A stretch of 64,000 nucleotides of DNA. Origin: an uncultured delta proteobacterium. GTDB lineage: Bacteria > Desulfobacterota > Desulfomonilia > Desulfomonilales > Desulfomonilaceae. Below are positions 1-10,584 of the stretch, one piece after another. Positions within the stretch are counted from its first letter, which is position 1; each line of letters starts with the position of its first letter. The stretch is taken from the NCBI GenBank assembly GCA_963789265.1, contig CAWBKB010000001.1:224001-288000 (forward strand), in the 5' to 3' direction. The notes under the pieces are model-generated. The model was given only the letters and a program-made list of their open reading frames with translations. It ran no database searches and had not been told where the DNA came from. The position numbers and the translations under genes were made by a program.

Positions 1-223
1 CCTCGTAGCGCGGTTTGCCGTCCACGTATTTTTCGTAGTCTGCCTGGAGATCGAATCGTTGGAAGGGCTCACCGGTCTTCCCGGCCCGTTTACTCAGTAA
101 GGCATCGAATGTCTTCTTCCAACAAGCCGCGTGAAGTTTGGCGGTGTCGGTGATCACGCCGTCCAAATCAAACAGCACGGCATCGAACCGATTTCGGCTG
201 ACTGCCTCCGTTTTGGGGTTCAT
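1..223 (-). CDS. HAD-family hydrolase (beta-phosphoglucomutase-like), N-terminal part; runs off the window edge
   Basis: Own translation from ATG 223: [40 protein letters not shown]...YVDGKPRYE, containing HAD motif I (DxDGV). Not in the ORF track. Confidence 0.85.
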   Translation of the reverse strand, partial: MNPKTEAVSRNRFDAVLFDLDGVITDTAKLHAACWKKTFDALLSKRAGKTGEPFQRFDLQADYEKYVDGKPRYE

Positions 224-284
224 AGGACTTTCCTTCCAAATACGACGCGAGAGGGGACGACCTCGATTGAAACACCCTCATGAC

Positions 285-662
285 ATAGAACCGGCGCAAT
301 CCATCTTCGCTTTCACTCTTATCCGGGTAAATTTCAGAATAAGTGCCTTCGAGGTAGGTGTGGGAATGAACGGCCGCTGCTCCGTGTCCCGGCCCCGAGA
401 CAAACACCATATTCAGATCGTGTTTCTTAATCAACCGATTAAGGCGCACCCACGTGAATGTCCGGCCGTGGTTGCAGCACCAGCGGCCCAAAAGTCTACT
501 CTCGACTTGCTCAATTTTCGGGAACTCTCTCAATCGCGCATTGTCACGCAGATAGATCGTGCCTACGCAAAGATTAGGCGTTGCTCGCCAATATGCGTCA
601 ATTTTGCGCAATACCTCAGCGCTTAACGGTCCTTCAAACGGAAACGTGGCTGCTTCGGACAT
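285..662 (-). pseudogene. xfp: Phosphoketolase (XFP) N-terminal remnant
   Basis: IDAYWRA..L..G.IYLRDN and GPGHG...TYLEGTYSEIYP motifs are present, but the conserved LLGHWG reads LLGRWC and similarity stops after ~125 aa of a normally ~790 aa enzyme. Confidence 0.75.
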
Positions 663-775
663 GACGAGCTCGTTCCCCTGATGGTGTCCGGTTCGTAAGA
701 GATCTTCGTCGCCGACGGCTAATTAGGTCCGCCGTTAGACGATCCGGCAGTTCGACATCGACTTTACGGTTCCAA

Positions 776-1039
776 TTACTCTGAAATGTCCTTTTTCATT
801 TGCTCAAATTCTTCCTTGGAGATTTCGCCTTTCACGTAGCGCTTTTTCAAAATCTCTAATGGGGTCTCGGAAGCTTGTCGTTCCCCTGGGTAGGGCCCTC
901 CAGTGGCTCTGACGCCTCCTCGGCCCGCAACGGCATAAATAAGGATTACGACAAGGATGACAAGTAATATCCATCCCCAGGGTATCATCCATATTCCCCA
1001 ACCCATCATGTCATGCATCCAACCATAGTGCGGTCCCAT
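776..1039 (-). CDS. Small membrane protein with Met/Gly-rich N-terminus and C-terminal SHOCT domain
   Basis: MHDMMGWG, one TM helix, then PLEILKKRYVKGEISKEEFEQMKKDI (SHOCT pattern). Confidence 0.8.
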   Translation of the reverse strand: MGPHYGWMHDMMGWGIWMIPWGWILLVILVVILIYAVAGRGGVRATGGPYPGERQASETPLEILKKRYVKGEISKEEFEQMKKDISE

Positions 1040-1208
1040 GAGTCGCTCCCCTTTGGGAACTTTGTGTTGAAATGAATGGCCCACAAATTCGTATGCACTA
1101 GATAAAACAAAAGAACTGCTTCATGCTCATTTTGTGGATTAAGCAAACTGAATCTCCACCGCAAAATTAATTCCGGAGCCAAAAAAGTAGCTTTTCGAGT
1201 GATCCGAA

Positions 1209-1733
1209 TTATTTTGGCTTCTCAGTCGATTGTCCTTGAGTAACATTCTTCGCGCCTTCTTGGATTTTCTTGTTCCCTTCGGTCATCTTCTTTGCCGCTT
1301 CCGGAGCCTTATGCTCTTTCATCATTGTCATACCTTGGCCCATCATCTTTGACCCTTGCATCATCTGTTTGCACGATTGCATCATGGGATTCATCTTTTT
1401 CATCATCTCTTTGTTGCCGGTCATCTTTTGCTGAGCTTCAGAAAGCATCTTCTTGCCTTCCTGCATCATCGTGGAGCCGTCTTTCATCATTTGCTCAGCC
1501 TTGTCGACGTCCTTCTTGTTTTGGATCATTTTTGCCGCTTCCAGCATCTTTTGGGCCCCTTCTGTCATTTTCTTGGAGCCTTCCATAACAGATGATTTCA
1601 CTTTCGTGACGTTTTCAGGCATGGCAGCTTTCGATCCTGTTTGAGCCATCGCAGTCAAAAATGCTGCAACCACAAACAATCCGCAGGCGGCAACGATCGC
1701 GGTAATTCGGCCGAGCACACTTAACGTTTTCAT
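1209..1733 (-). CDS. Secreted Met/Lys-rich heptad-repeat helical protein (putative Cu/Ag-binding)
   Basis: GGAGG upstream, signal peptide ending AMA, 24 Met in ~144 mature residues, divergent from copA. Confidence 0.75.
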   Translation of the reverse strand: MKTLSVLGRITAIVAACGLFVVAAFLTAMAQTGSKAAMPENVTKVKSSVMEGSKKMTEGAQKMLEAAKMIQNKKDVDKAEQMMKDGSTMMQEGKKMLSEAQQKMTGNKEMMKKMNPMMQSCKQMMQGSKMMGQGMTMMKEHKAPEAAKKMTEGNKKIQEGAKNVTQGQSTEKPK

Positions 1734-1886
1734 AATGATCCCCTCCGCTATAGAATTTGGTTTTTTGGACATTTATTTCAATTTCAAGTTCCGCTGTTCC
1801 TTAAGAAGAGCCCGGGTCAAAACTTGACAAAACGAACCAAGCACCCAATTTCCTCTTAAGATTCTCGCGGCGCAGGAGGTATCCTC

Positions 1887-4304
1887 ATGAGCGACGTAAG
1901 AGAAGAACCTGCGACCCCTAAGACCGCCGATTCAGTACCCTCCGTTCGTGCGAGGGCAAATTCCGAGTCTCATCACGAGATGGCGCCATCTGCTCAGGAA
2001 CGTTGCGAGCACTGCGATCCCGGTACGCCCTCGGACTGCTCTGTAAAATCTCGAGACAGGGGATCTCCTTCCGCAGGGTTGTACACCTGTCCGATGCATC
2101 CCGAAATCCGAGAGGAGAAACCTGGCGGTTGTCCGAAGTGCGGCATGGCGCTTGAGCCGATTTTTCCGCAAACGGGAGGCAAACGCACTGAATGGACTTG
2201 CCCCATGCACCCGGAAGTAGTGCAAGACAAGCCCGGTAACTGTCCGAAGTGCGGTATGGCGCTGGAACCGCGAAGTGTCCTATCCCAAGAAGAAGAGGAA
2301 AATCCTGAGCTGGTTGACATGCGCCGGAGATTTTGGGCGAGCATATTCCTGAGTGTTCCCGTATTCGTGCTGGCAATGGGGCACCTTATTCCGGGGAAGC
2401 CGCTCCAATATTTGGGCACTCCTGCAACTTTGAGGTGGGTCGAATTCATACTTGCTACGCCCGCGGTTCTATGGTGCGGCTGGCCGCTCTTGGTGCGAGG
2501 TTGGCAATCGCTCGTTAACCGCAGCCTGAACATGTTCACCCTCATCGGGCTCGGCGTTGGCATGGCATATTCCTACAGCGTGGTCGCGCTGTGGCTTCCC
2601 GGCATTTTTCCTCGCTCGTTCCGCAGCCCGGCAGGTTTGGTGGAAGTCTATTTCGAAGCTGCAGCAATGATTGTCACTCTGGTTTTGTTGGGCCAGGTTC
2701 TGGAGCTCAAAGCCCGCAGTCAAACCAGCTCGGCAATCAAGGAATTACTTGGGATGGCTCCCAAAAAGGCTAGAATCATCCGAGATGACGGAACTGAAGA
2801 AGACGTGCCTCTGGAAGAAGTTCAGGTGGGTGATCGCCTGAGAGTCCGACCAGGCGAGAAAATCCCGGTGGATGGCACCGTAGCGGAAGGCTCAAGTTCC
2901 GTGGATGAGTCAATGGTGACTGGGGAGCCGATTCCTGTGGAAAAGGGACCTGACGATAAGGTGATCGGCGCAACGGTGAACGGCAGCGGCTCTCTCATCA
3001 TGAGAGCAGAGCGGGTCGGATCGGAGACTCTGCTCGCCCGGATCGTTCAGATGGTATCCGAGGCCCAACGCAGCCGGGCGCCTATTCAGAAGTTGGCCGA
3101 TGTTGTCGCCGGGTACTTTGTTCCCACAGTGGTGGGCATCGCTGTCGTCACATTCATAGTTTGGGCTTTGGTCGGGCCTGATCCTCGCATGGCTCACGCA
3201 TTGGTAAACGCAGTCGCGGTTCTGATCATTGCTTGTCCGTGCGCCCTGGGTTTGGCCACCCCGATGTCGATCATGGTCGCAACGGGCAAGGGAGCCACTT
3301 TAGGTGTGCTGTTCAAGAATGCCGAAGCGATAGAGGTCATGAGGCAGGTCAACACGCTCGTGGTGGACAAGACCGGAACACTCACCGAAGGCAAACCCAA
3401 ACTGGTTGATGTTGCGGTGACCGACACCCGGGACGAACAGGCGATCCTGGGCCTGGCCGCGAGCCTGGAGAGAGGGAGCGAACATCCTCTGGCCGCGGCC
3501 ATAGTAGACGGAGCACAAGCAAAGGGAGCTCGTCTTTCGCATGTCGAAAATTTCGAGTCTCGGACTGGAAAAGGAGTGATCGGTAGGGTCGATGGTCGCA
3601 CCGTGGCACTCGGAAATCGAAAGCTTGTCGACGAACTTGGAGTAGAGGTTGGATCGCTTGTCGAAAAGTCCGAGGCTATGCGTGGTCAAGGACAGACCGT
3701 CATGTATTTGATCGTTGATAACGAGCCTGCAGCCTTGCTCGGCGTTGCCGATCCCATAAAAGAAACGACGCCGAACGCGATTGAAGCCCTGCACCGTGAA
3801 GGAATGGAAATTGTGATGATCACCGGCGACAGTAAAACAACGGCGTCTGCCGTGGCAGGGAAGCTCGGCATTGACCAGGTCATGGCTGAAGTGCTGCCGG
3901 ACCAGAAGGCTGCTGCGGTCAAGAAGCTGCAAGGGGAGGGACGTATCGTGGCTATGGCCGGCGATGGAATCAACGATGCCCCCGCTCTGGCGCAAGCCCA
4001 AGTGGGCATCGCTATGGGGACCGGCACGGATGTTGCCATGGAGAGCGCGGGGGTCACCTTGGTCAAAGGCGATCTGACAGGCATTGTGCGTGCCAGGAAG
4101 CTGAGTCGAGCGACCATGCGAAATATCAAGCAGAACCTGTTCTTCGCGTTCGTGTACAACTCAATAGGGGTACCCGTTGCCGCAGGTGTGCTGTACCCCT
4201 TCTTCGGCATTTTGCTCAGTCCGATTATCGCTGCTGCGGCCATGAGCTTCAGTTCAGTCTCGGTCGTGGGCAACGCCCTGAGACTGCGCCGTCTGTCTGT
4301 TTGA
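1887..4304 (+). CDS. copA: Cu(I)-translocating P1B-type ATPase
   Basis: Two TCPMHPE...[10 protein letters not shown] metal-binding domains, TGE, CPC, DKTGT, HP, GDGIND, YN...MxxSS; AGGAGG RBS. Confidence 0.95.
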   Translation: MSDVREEPATPKTADSVPSVRARANSESHHEMAPSAQERCEHCDPGTPSDCSVKSRDRGSPSAGLYTCPMHPEIREEKPGGCPKCGMALEPIFPQTGGKRTEWTCPMHPEVVQDKPGNCPKCGMALEPRSVLSQEEEENPELVDMRRRFWASIFLSVPVFVLAMGHLIPGKPLQYLGTPATLRWVEFILATPAVLWCGWPLLVRGWQSLVNRSLNMFTLIGLGVGMAYSYSVVALWLPGIFPRSFRSPAGLVEVYFEAAAMIVTLVLLGQVLELKARSQTSSAIKELLGMAPKKARIIRDDGTEEDVPLEEVQVGDRLRVRPGEKIPVDGTVAEGSSSVDESMVTGEPIPVEKGPDDKVIGATVNGSGSLIMRAERVGSETLLARIVQMVSEAQRSRAPIQKLADVVAGYFVPTVVGIAVVTFIVWALVGPDPRMAHALVNAVAVLIIACPCALGLATPMSIMVATGKGATLGVLFKNAEAIEVMRQVNTLVVDKTGTLTEGKPKLVDVAVTDTRDEQAILGLAASLERGSEHPLAAAIVDGAQAKGARLSHVENFESRTGKGVIGRVDGRTVALGNRKLVDELGVEVGSLVEKSEAMRGQGQTVMYLIVDNEPAALLGVADPIKETTPNAIEALHREGMEIVMITGDSKTTASAVAGKLGIDQVMAEVLPDQKAAAVKKLQGEGRIVAMAGDGINDAPALAQAQVGIAMGTGTDVAMESAGVTLVKGDLTGIVRARKLSRATMRNIKQNLFFAFVYNSIGVPVAAGVLYPFFGILLSPIIAAAAMSFSSVSVVGNALRLRRLSV

Positions 4305-4366
4305 GATCCACTCGACGTGGCAAGCTCGATCCTGAGAAGGTTTGCCAATGGGAGGGCAGCGGATCT

Positions 4367-5035
4367 ATGATTCGTGGATTAGACAAAATCAAATTGATTC
4401 AAATTTACGATCGCGTAGCAAGACACTACGATTATCAGCACGCATTCCTGACTGCGCGGTCGGATCAGAAGGGGCGTCGAGTCGTCGTAGCTAAGACGGT
4501 ACACCCGAAAAACACCGTTCTGGACATTGGGGCCGGCACCGGCAGTACAGGCCTGTTAGCAGCGGAAAAAGTGGGGCCGAAAGGCCGGGTCGTTCTGCTG
4601 GACCAAAGCAGTGTGATGTTGGATGTTGCCCGAGAAAAAGCGGCATCAATGGGGTTGACGGATCGTACGCATTTTCTAAGAGGTGACATCATGAGGTTGC
4701 CGTTTCGAGACGGCCTCTTCGACGTCGTGCTGTCCACATATAGTGTGTGTCCGCTCGCGAATCCTGCAGCAGGAGCGCTGGAAGCTTTCCGAGTCTTGAA
4801 ACCGGGGGGCTGGTTGGCATTTGCACACTCCACGGAACCGGCAAATCCATTGATTCGTCGAATCGCACGATGGGTTGAGGCGGCTGTATGGCGCTTGCCG
4901 TCCATTTCACTCGGTTGCCGTCCGGTGTCCGTGCTGCCGGCTCTCGAGATGGCGGGGGCTGAGTTAGTATTCAGTAAAATCATCGGCGTACCCTTGTGGC
5001 CCTTTCTTGTCATTGTCGTTCGAAAGCCGCTTTGA
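4367..5035 (+). CDS. Class I SAM-dependent methyltransferase (UbiE-like)
   Basis: VLDIGAGTG, LPFRDGLFD and RVLKPGG motifs. Confidence 0.85.
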   Translation: MIRGLDKIKLIQIYDRVARHYDYQHAFLTARSDQKGRRVVVAKTVHPKNTVLDIGAGTGSTGLLAAEKVGPKGRVVLLDQSSVMLDVAREKAASMGLTDRTHFLRGDIMRLPFRDGLFDVVLSTYSVCPLANPAAGALEAFRVLKPGGWLAFAHSTEPANPLIRRIARWVEAAVWRLPSISLGCRPVSVLPALEMAGAELVFSKIIGVPLWPFLVIVVRKPL

Positions 5036-5484
5036 CCTTGGGGACATTAGGAATCGAGTAGGGCCGCACGTCGTCGTTGTCCCTCGCATCGCGGGGTCGG
5101 GCATGGCCCTAGTTGTCTTGTATCCTGTTCCAAGAAGTGCTTGCCCTTTCGACCCGTACGTCGGCAGTGAAGAGGCAGAGGAAACGAGAAATTCTCCGCG
5201 ATCTCCGCTGTGAACTATTTCGATTCCTGGTAATTGACTTACCGGCCAATGACCTTTATGATGAACTATCGCTCCATGATAAGATGATGAAATGTTACCG
5301 CGAGCGAGTGTTGAAAAAACTAAATCGTAAGCTGGCATAATTGGTCAGCCTTAACGTCATCATTATGTTGCGCTCTGCGCATGTAGAATTGATCGGTTGG
5401 CAATATAATATGCGTATTTCTCCGAGTCCTATCACAGATTGTGGAAGAAACGACCGGCTTCCGAGCCGCTGACGGAGAAAACCT

Positions 5485-5979
5485 ATGAAATATCCTGTCT
5501 TCCGAGCCGGTGAGATCCTGGACATGGCCGTCCAAATAGAGCGACAGGGCATACAATTTTATGAAGTGTGCGCATCGACAAGATTGTCCGAAGACGTTTT
5601 GAAGGTCTTCAGGCACTTGATGGAGCAGGAGCAGTTGCACGTCGAAATATTTTCCGAGATGAAAGTAGGGCTCGACAATTATTATCTTCCGGAAACGTAC
5701 ACGGGAGAATTGCGAAGCTATGTGGATAGCTTCGTCAAGGATCAGGTTTTTTACGGACCGGCAGAAGCTTTACGGCAGGCTAACAGCATTGAAGATGTAT
5801 TCCAAGCCATAGAGTTCGGCATCGACTTTGAGCAGCGCTCAATACTGTTTTACTCCGCCATCAAGGAAGTGATTCGTCGTTCCGAAACCAAAGTGGTTGA
5901 CGATGTGATCTCTCAGGAACACGGTCACATACGGTCACTCCTAGCGTTGCGCCACCAGTTGGAGCTGAGGAGTGCTTGA
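5485..5979 (+). CDS. Ferritin-like / rubrerythrin-family diiron protein
   Basis: Two repeats of E..G..FY...ExxH (EQEQLH, SQEHGH). Confidence 0.85.
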   Translation: MKYPVFRAGEILDMAVQIERQGIQFYEVCASTRLSEDVLKVFRHLMEQEQLHVEIFSEMKVGLDNYYLPETYTGELRSYVDSFVKDQVFYGPAEALRQANSIEDVFQAIEFGIDFEQRSILFYSAIKEVIRRSETKVVDDVISQEHGHIRSLLALRHQLELRSA

Positions 5980-5990
5980 ACGGAGAGGGC

Positions 5991-7040
5991 ATGCAAGCCT
6001 ATGTAGTCTCACACGAGGACTGGAACATCTTCCTGACTCGCCTCGTGGAAGCCGGGACAGTCTTCGGTCCTCGCGAACGGCCGGACCAGCCGGGATTTCA
6101 TCATTTTGATCGTTTGAACGATCCGCTGGATCTGACTCTAGACTACGTGACCACAACTATTCCCCCTAAAAAGGTCTTTTTCCCTCCGATTGAGACTCTG
6201 TTCTCTTTTACTGAGAATGGAGCGCTTTCCGTCAATCGCATCCGAGAATACACTCCATTCACTCTGATCGGTGTTCATCCTTGCGATCTGGAAGCGATAG
6301 ACGCGCTGGACGCGGCGTACTCGTATCCTCCAGCCGAAATAAGATGGGCCGACAACAGAAATCGTGCCACTATTATCGGGGTTGATTGTCTGCCCGACGA
6401 GTATTGCTTTTGTACCTCAATCGGAACCGGCGGATCTCGTAAAACCTGTGATCTGTTCCTAACGCCAATCGATGATGCTTACCTCGTCGAAGTACACACG
6501 CTGACCGGTCAGAGGCTTCTAGAAGGTACCCCGAAAGCTCCAGCCAGTGTCCGTGATATGGACGAAGGCGACCGTTGGCGCTCGGAAAAAACTGCACGGA
6601 TGACCGCTTCTTTGGCTGCTCCGATACCCGAGTTCGCGAAGATCCTTGACCGCGGCGGGCTTACACCCGTATGGGAAGAGATTGCGTCACGGTGCTACAG
6701 TTGCGGGTCGTGCAACACGACCTGTCCCACCTGTTTCTGTTTCAACATGCACGACGAATTCGACTTGACACTCGCCGCGGGTGTACGGAAGCGCTCATGG
6801 GATTCCTGTCAACTTCTGGAGTTCGCTTTGGTTGCGGGCGGTCACAACTTTCGTGGTGAACGCTGGCAACGGGTGCGGCATCGTTGGCACCGCAAGTTCC
6901 TCTACCTTTATAGGCGGCTGGGTCGCCCGTACTGTGCTGGCTGCGGTCGTTGTAGCCGGGCCTGTACCGCGGACATCAACATAGTGGACGTTTCAAACCA
7001 GCTCATAAGCTATTCTCGGAACGGGGGCCGCAATGCCTGA
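5991..7040 (+). CDS. Group 3b hydrogenase (sulfhydrogenase) beta, 4Fe-4S subunit (AsrA-like)
   Basis: GVHPCDL, CYSCGSCNTTCPTCFC, WDSC, CAGCGRCSRAC. Confidence 0.9.
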   Translation: MQAYVVSHEDWNIFLTRLVEAGTVFGPRERPDQPGFHHFDRLNDPLDLTLDYVTTTIPPKKVFFPPIETLFSFTENGALSVNRIREYTPFTLIGVHPCDLEAIDALDAAYSYPPAEIRWADNRNRATIIGVDCLPDEYCFCTSIGTGGSRKTCDLFLTPIDDAYLVEVHTLTGQRLLEGTPKAPASVRDMDEGDRWRSEKTARMTASLAAPIPEFAKILDRGGLTPVWEEIASRCYSCGSCNTTCPTCFCFNMHDEFDLTLAAGVRKRSWDSCQLLEFALVAGGHNFRGERWQRVRHRWHRKFLYLYRRLGRPYCAGCGRCSRACTADINIVDVSNQLISYSRNGGRNA

Positions 7041-7920
7041 GAGCGCCACAGAGGGGCCCGACGCAGGGCAGGGCGTATTCTATGAGCCGCAATTGGCTAT
7101 GGTTGCCAGGGCTTACGTAATGAGGCCCACGGAAGGCTTCCTGGAAATAGAATTGTACGACGGTAGCCCATTGAACCACCTGCCCGGGCAATTCGTCATG
7201 GTATCCGTCTTCGGCCACGGTGAAGCGCCAATATCCATTTGCTCTTCCCCGACTCACGAAGAAAGCTTTGAGCTGTGCGTAAGGGCGGTAGGCAATTTGA
7301 GCCGCGCAGTGGACGCGGTTTGCGCTGGCGACCTGATCGGAATCAGAGGGCCGTACGGCCGAGGCTTTCCCGTTGTTGAAATGCGAGGTCGAGACGTCCT
7401 GGCCATCGCTGGAGGAATTGGCATAGCCCCTCTCAGATCCCTCATAACTTATGTGCTGGATAACCGCGAGGATTACGGGAGGCTGATTATAGTTTACGGC
7501 GCGAGGAGCCCTTCAACCCTGCTTTTTCACGATGATCTTGAGAAGTGGTCGAAGGCTCCCGGCGTGAAGTTATACGTGACAGTCGATCAACCGGATGACA
7601 CGTGGACGGGGAGAACAGGCGTTTTAACGTTGCCTCTCCGAGAAATCGAGCTGAATTCCGGTCACGGGATGGCAGTCGCGGCTGTTGGGCCGCCTGTGAT
7701 GTACCGGTTTGTTGCGATGGAACTGCTCAAAAGAGGACTCAGTGAGAATCAGATATATTTTTCTCTGGAAAGACAGTTCAAGTGTGGAATCGGGAAATGC
7801 GGGCACTGTCAGCTTAACGATGTTTATGTGTGTCAGGATGGACCCGTGTTCCGTTATTCGGACCTCCTCGGGCGCATCGAGGCCGTTGAAGCATGGGCAC
7901 CGGAAAAGGATCAAGATTAG
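7033..7920 (+). CDS. Group 3b hydrogenase gamma, FAD/NAD(P)-binding subunit (AsrB-like)
   Basis: PGQF, GEAPISI, RGPYGRGF, AGGIGIAP, KCGIGKCGHC...CQDGPVF. Confidence 0.9.
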   Translation: MPESATEGPDAGQGVFYEPQLAMVARAYVMRPTEGFLEIELYDGSPLNHLPGQFVMVSVFGHGEAPISICSSPTHEESFELCVRAVGNLSRAVDAVCAGDLIGIRGPYGRGFPVVEMRGRDVLAIAGGIGIAPLRSLITYVLDNREDYGRLIIVYGARSPSTLLFHDDLEKWSKAPGVKLYVTVDQPDDTWTGRTGVLTLPLREIELNSGHGMAVAAVGPPVMYRFVAMELLKRGLSENQIYFSLERQFKCGIGKCGHCQLNDVYVCQDGPVFRYSDLLGRIEAVEAWAPEKDQD

Positions 7921-7941
7921 CGCCGAGGAAAACGGTCACCC

Positions 7942-8130
7942 TGTGGGGCGGACTTTCCAGTCCGCCAAATCTAAGACAAGAAACCACAGACTGGAAAGTC
8001 TGCGCCACAAGCAGGATAGCAAGGAGTGCAATTTGGTTCGTCGGACGGGCATCTTGCCCGTCATCCTTGGTAGACGGAGTCTGTCCCGCGTCTCTCGGGA
8101 CTTTCCCACCATTCGCTCCTCGCAATGACA
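7942..8130. repeat. Cluster of REP-like palindromes inside the hydrogenase operon
   Basis: TGTGGGGCGGACTTTCCAGTCCG / CAGACTGGAAAGTCTGCGCCACA inverted pair, GACGGGCATCTTGCCCGTC hairpin, micro-hairpin at 8084-8100, partial CTCCTCGCAATGACA. Confidence 0.7.
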
Positions 8131-8182
8131 GAGGACATAAGGTTCGCCGCTTACGTGATAGGGTACGAACAGCGAAGGGAGT

Positions 8183-9037
8183 TTGATTTTGCAGGTAGCC
8201 AACAGACCGCGAGTAGCTTTCTTTGATTTCGCCTGCTGCGAAGGCTGCCAATTGACGGTGTTGCAGCTTGAAGAAAAACTGATTGAAATTGTCAAGCATG
8301 TAGAGATAGTCACCTGGCGCGAGGTTATGTCGGATGAAAGCCAAGAATACGACATTGCCTTTTGTGAAGGAAGTGTAACACGACAAGAGGATATTGACCG
8401 TATAAAACAAATCCGAGAGAGAGCTAAAACTCTTGTCTCCCTCGGAGCCTGCGCAAGCATCGGTTGCCATAACGCGTTGAAGAACACGCAGCCAATGGAA
8501 AAAATGCTCGAAATTGTATACGGCAGCGAGTCTCGTCACTTCGACACTGTGCCCGCACGTCCGATTTCTGCTGTCGTCCCCGTTGATTATCAGATCCAAG
8601 GGTGCCCTGTTAGCTTGCCGGAATTCTTAACAGTGTTCAAACACATCCTCACAGGACAAACGTACCATCCTCCAAACCAGCCGGTCTGCGTAGAGTGCAA
8701 GTTGAATGACCATGTCTGCGTTTACGAAAAAGGCATTGTTTGTCTCGGCCCGCTGACACGCTGCGGATGCAATGCGATCTGCACCGCGTACGGCGATCCG
8801 TGTCAGGGGTGCCGAGGCTTCATGGATCAGGCGAACCTCAAGGCAATATCGACGGTCCTCTCCCGGGAACGGCTCCATGCCATCATGGACGCGGTGGCAA
8901 AGAAGAACGCCCTCACGGCAGAGGGGATCCGGGATAAATTCTCCGTATACAACAATTGGCCTGATTTACGACTCGAGGAGATTTCCGCCAATGACCACGG
9001 ACGCCAAGATCAAAGTGCACCACATCACAAGAGTTGA
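8183..9037 (+). CDS. Group 3b hydrogenase delta (small) subunit
   Basis: ACCEGCQ, EGS, GACA, GCP, VCVECK...CLGPLTRCGCNAIC...CQGCRG. Confidence 0.9.
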   Translation: MILQVANRPRVAFFDFACCEGCQLTVLQLEEKLIEIVKHVEIVTWREVMSDESQEYDIAFCEGSVTRQEDIDRIKQIRERAKTLVSLGACASIGCHNALKNTQPMEKMLEIVYGSESRHFDTVPARPISAVVPVDYQIQGCPVSLPEFLTVFKHILTGQTYHPPNQPVCVECKLNDHVCVYEKGIVCLGPLTRCGCNAICTAYGDPCQGCRGFMDQANLKAISTVLSRERLHAIMDAVAKKNALTAEGIRDKFSVYNNWPDLRLEEISANDHGRQDQSAPHHKS

Positions 9038-10281
9038 AGGACACGGCGACATTTCCGCCGAGATCAAAGACGGCCGACTGGTGGATGTGCGATTCGCCAT
9101 AGTTGAAGCTCCGCGGCTTTTTGAAGCCTTTCTCCTGGGACGGTCCTATGACGAGGTCACCCATATTGCGCCCAGAGTTTGCGGTATATGTTCGGTAAGC
9201 CACAAGTGCGCGGCTCTGAAGGCAACTGAAACCGCTCTGGGAGTGGATATCCCCGAACAGACCCTCTTGTTGCGGCGGCTTGCTTTTCACGGAGAAGTGA
9301 TAAGTAGCCACATTTTGCATATCTACTTCCTGGCCGGACCGGACTTCTTCAATGTGACGAGTGTCTTCCCGCTCGTTGAGAGCAACCCGGACGTAGTGCG
9401 ACGAGCCATGCGCATGAAGAAGCTGGCTTATGACCTTTGTGCCACGGTTCTTGGCAGACACACACATCCGGTTGCCATGACTGTAGGCGGCTTCAGTTTT
9501 GTTCATTCGGAAAGTAGGCTCGCTGCAATGAGGGAACGGTTGGAGGAGGGGTTGGAGGACATAAAAGCCACCGTAAAGTTGTTCAAAGCTGTAAATCTTC
9601 CTGAATTCGAGCGTGAAACGCAGTACGTTTCGCTCAAGCATCCGGCGCACTATGCATTCTATGACGGCGATCTGTTTTGCAGCGATGGCGAATCCGTGCC
9701 AGTCGATCGGTACCGGGAGGTACATACACGAACAGGTCGTCTCTTATTCTACTGCCAAGCACGCGGACCGGCATCGGTCGCAGTACATGGTGGGAGCCTT
9801 GGCTCGTGTCAACAACAACCGCGGGCAACTCAGTCCTCTCGCGCTGGAAGCCGCCCATGATCTAGGAATTAAGCTGCCGTGCTACAATCCGTATGCGAAC
9901 ACTTTCGCGCAAATTGTGGAATGTGCCCATTGCCTTGAAGACGGTATTCACATCATTGACATGCTTTGCGAGCGAGGGATTAGAGCGGAAGAAGAGCAGG
10001 TGGAAGTTGCGACTCGCTCCGGCAGCGGAGTAGGAGCCGTCGAGGCCCCTCGCGGCACTCTGTTCCACGAATACGAATACGGGGCTGACGGCAAATGTAT
10101 TGCAGCAAACCTGGTCATTCCCACTGCACAAAATTTGGCGAACCTCGAGGCGGACATGCGTGCGTATGTTCCGGCGATTATCGAACAAACCAAGGACTCC
10201 ATTACCCACAAGCTGGAAATGCTCGTCCGCGCATACGATCCTTGCATTTCCTGCTCTACGCACGTCATTTTAGCAACGTAA
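8991..10281 (+). CDS. [NiFe] hydrogenase large (alpha) subunit, group 3b; one frameshift near 9720
   Basis: TRVEGHG, L1 motif RVCGIC, EAPRG and L2 motif DPCISCSTH, split over two frames by one extra base. Confidence 0.9.
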
Positions 10282-10538
10282 TACCAATGCGCAATCAAAC
10301 AAGTGACAATTGCGGCGTGGATATGGTGGGGCATCCCGCGCGGAACGCGGGACTGCCTGCCATTCGTCACCCCGGACTCCGATCCGAGCATGGTAGGGGC
10401 GAATGGCATTCGCCCTGGGCGACCGCCGGTCGCCCCTACATTGCCCCGAGTACGCGGGCATGACGACAGGCAATCACGCCCGGGCGTGCCTGTCCCACCA
10501 AGAACAGGGTGTTACTTGTTTGAAGGAGAATCGGTGTA
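10281..10538 (+). mobile_element. MITE family A, copy 1, with REP cargo
   Basis: Left end ATACCAATGCGCAATCAAACAAGTGACA and right end TGTTACTTGTTTGAAGGAGAATCGGTGT form an imperfect ~28-bp TIR; internal blocks are shared with 27444-27716. Confidence 0.75.
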
Positions 10539-10584
10539 GGATCTTGGAAGGAGACGGTTCCAAGATTGGCTGAACGACGGGGCA

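Noticed and set aside
1356..1595. His-rich ORF as a metal-binding peptide
   Set aside because: It is the antisense reading of the ATG-rich Met protein, where ATG codons read as CAT.
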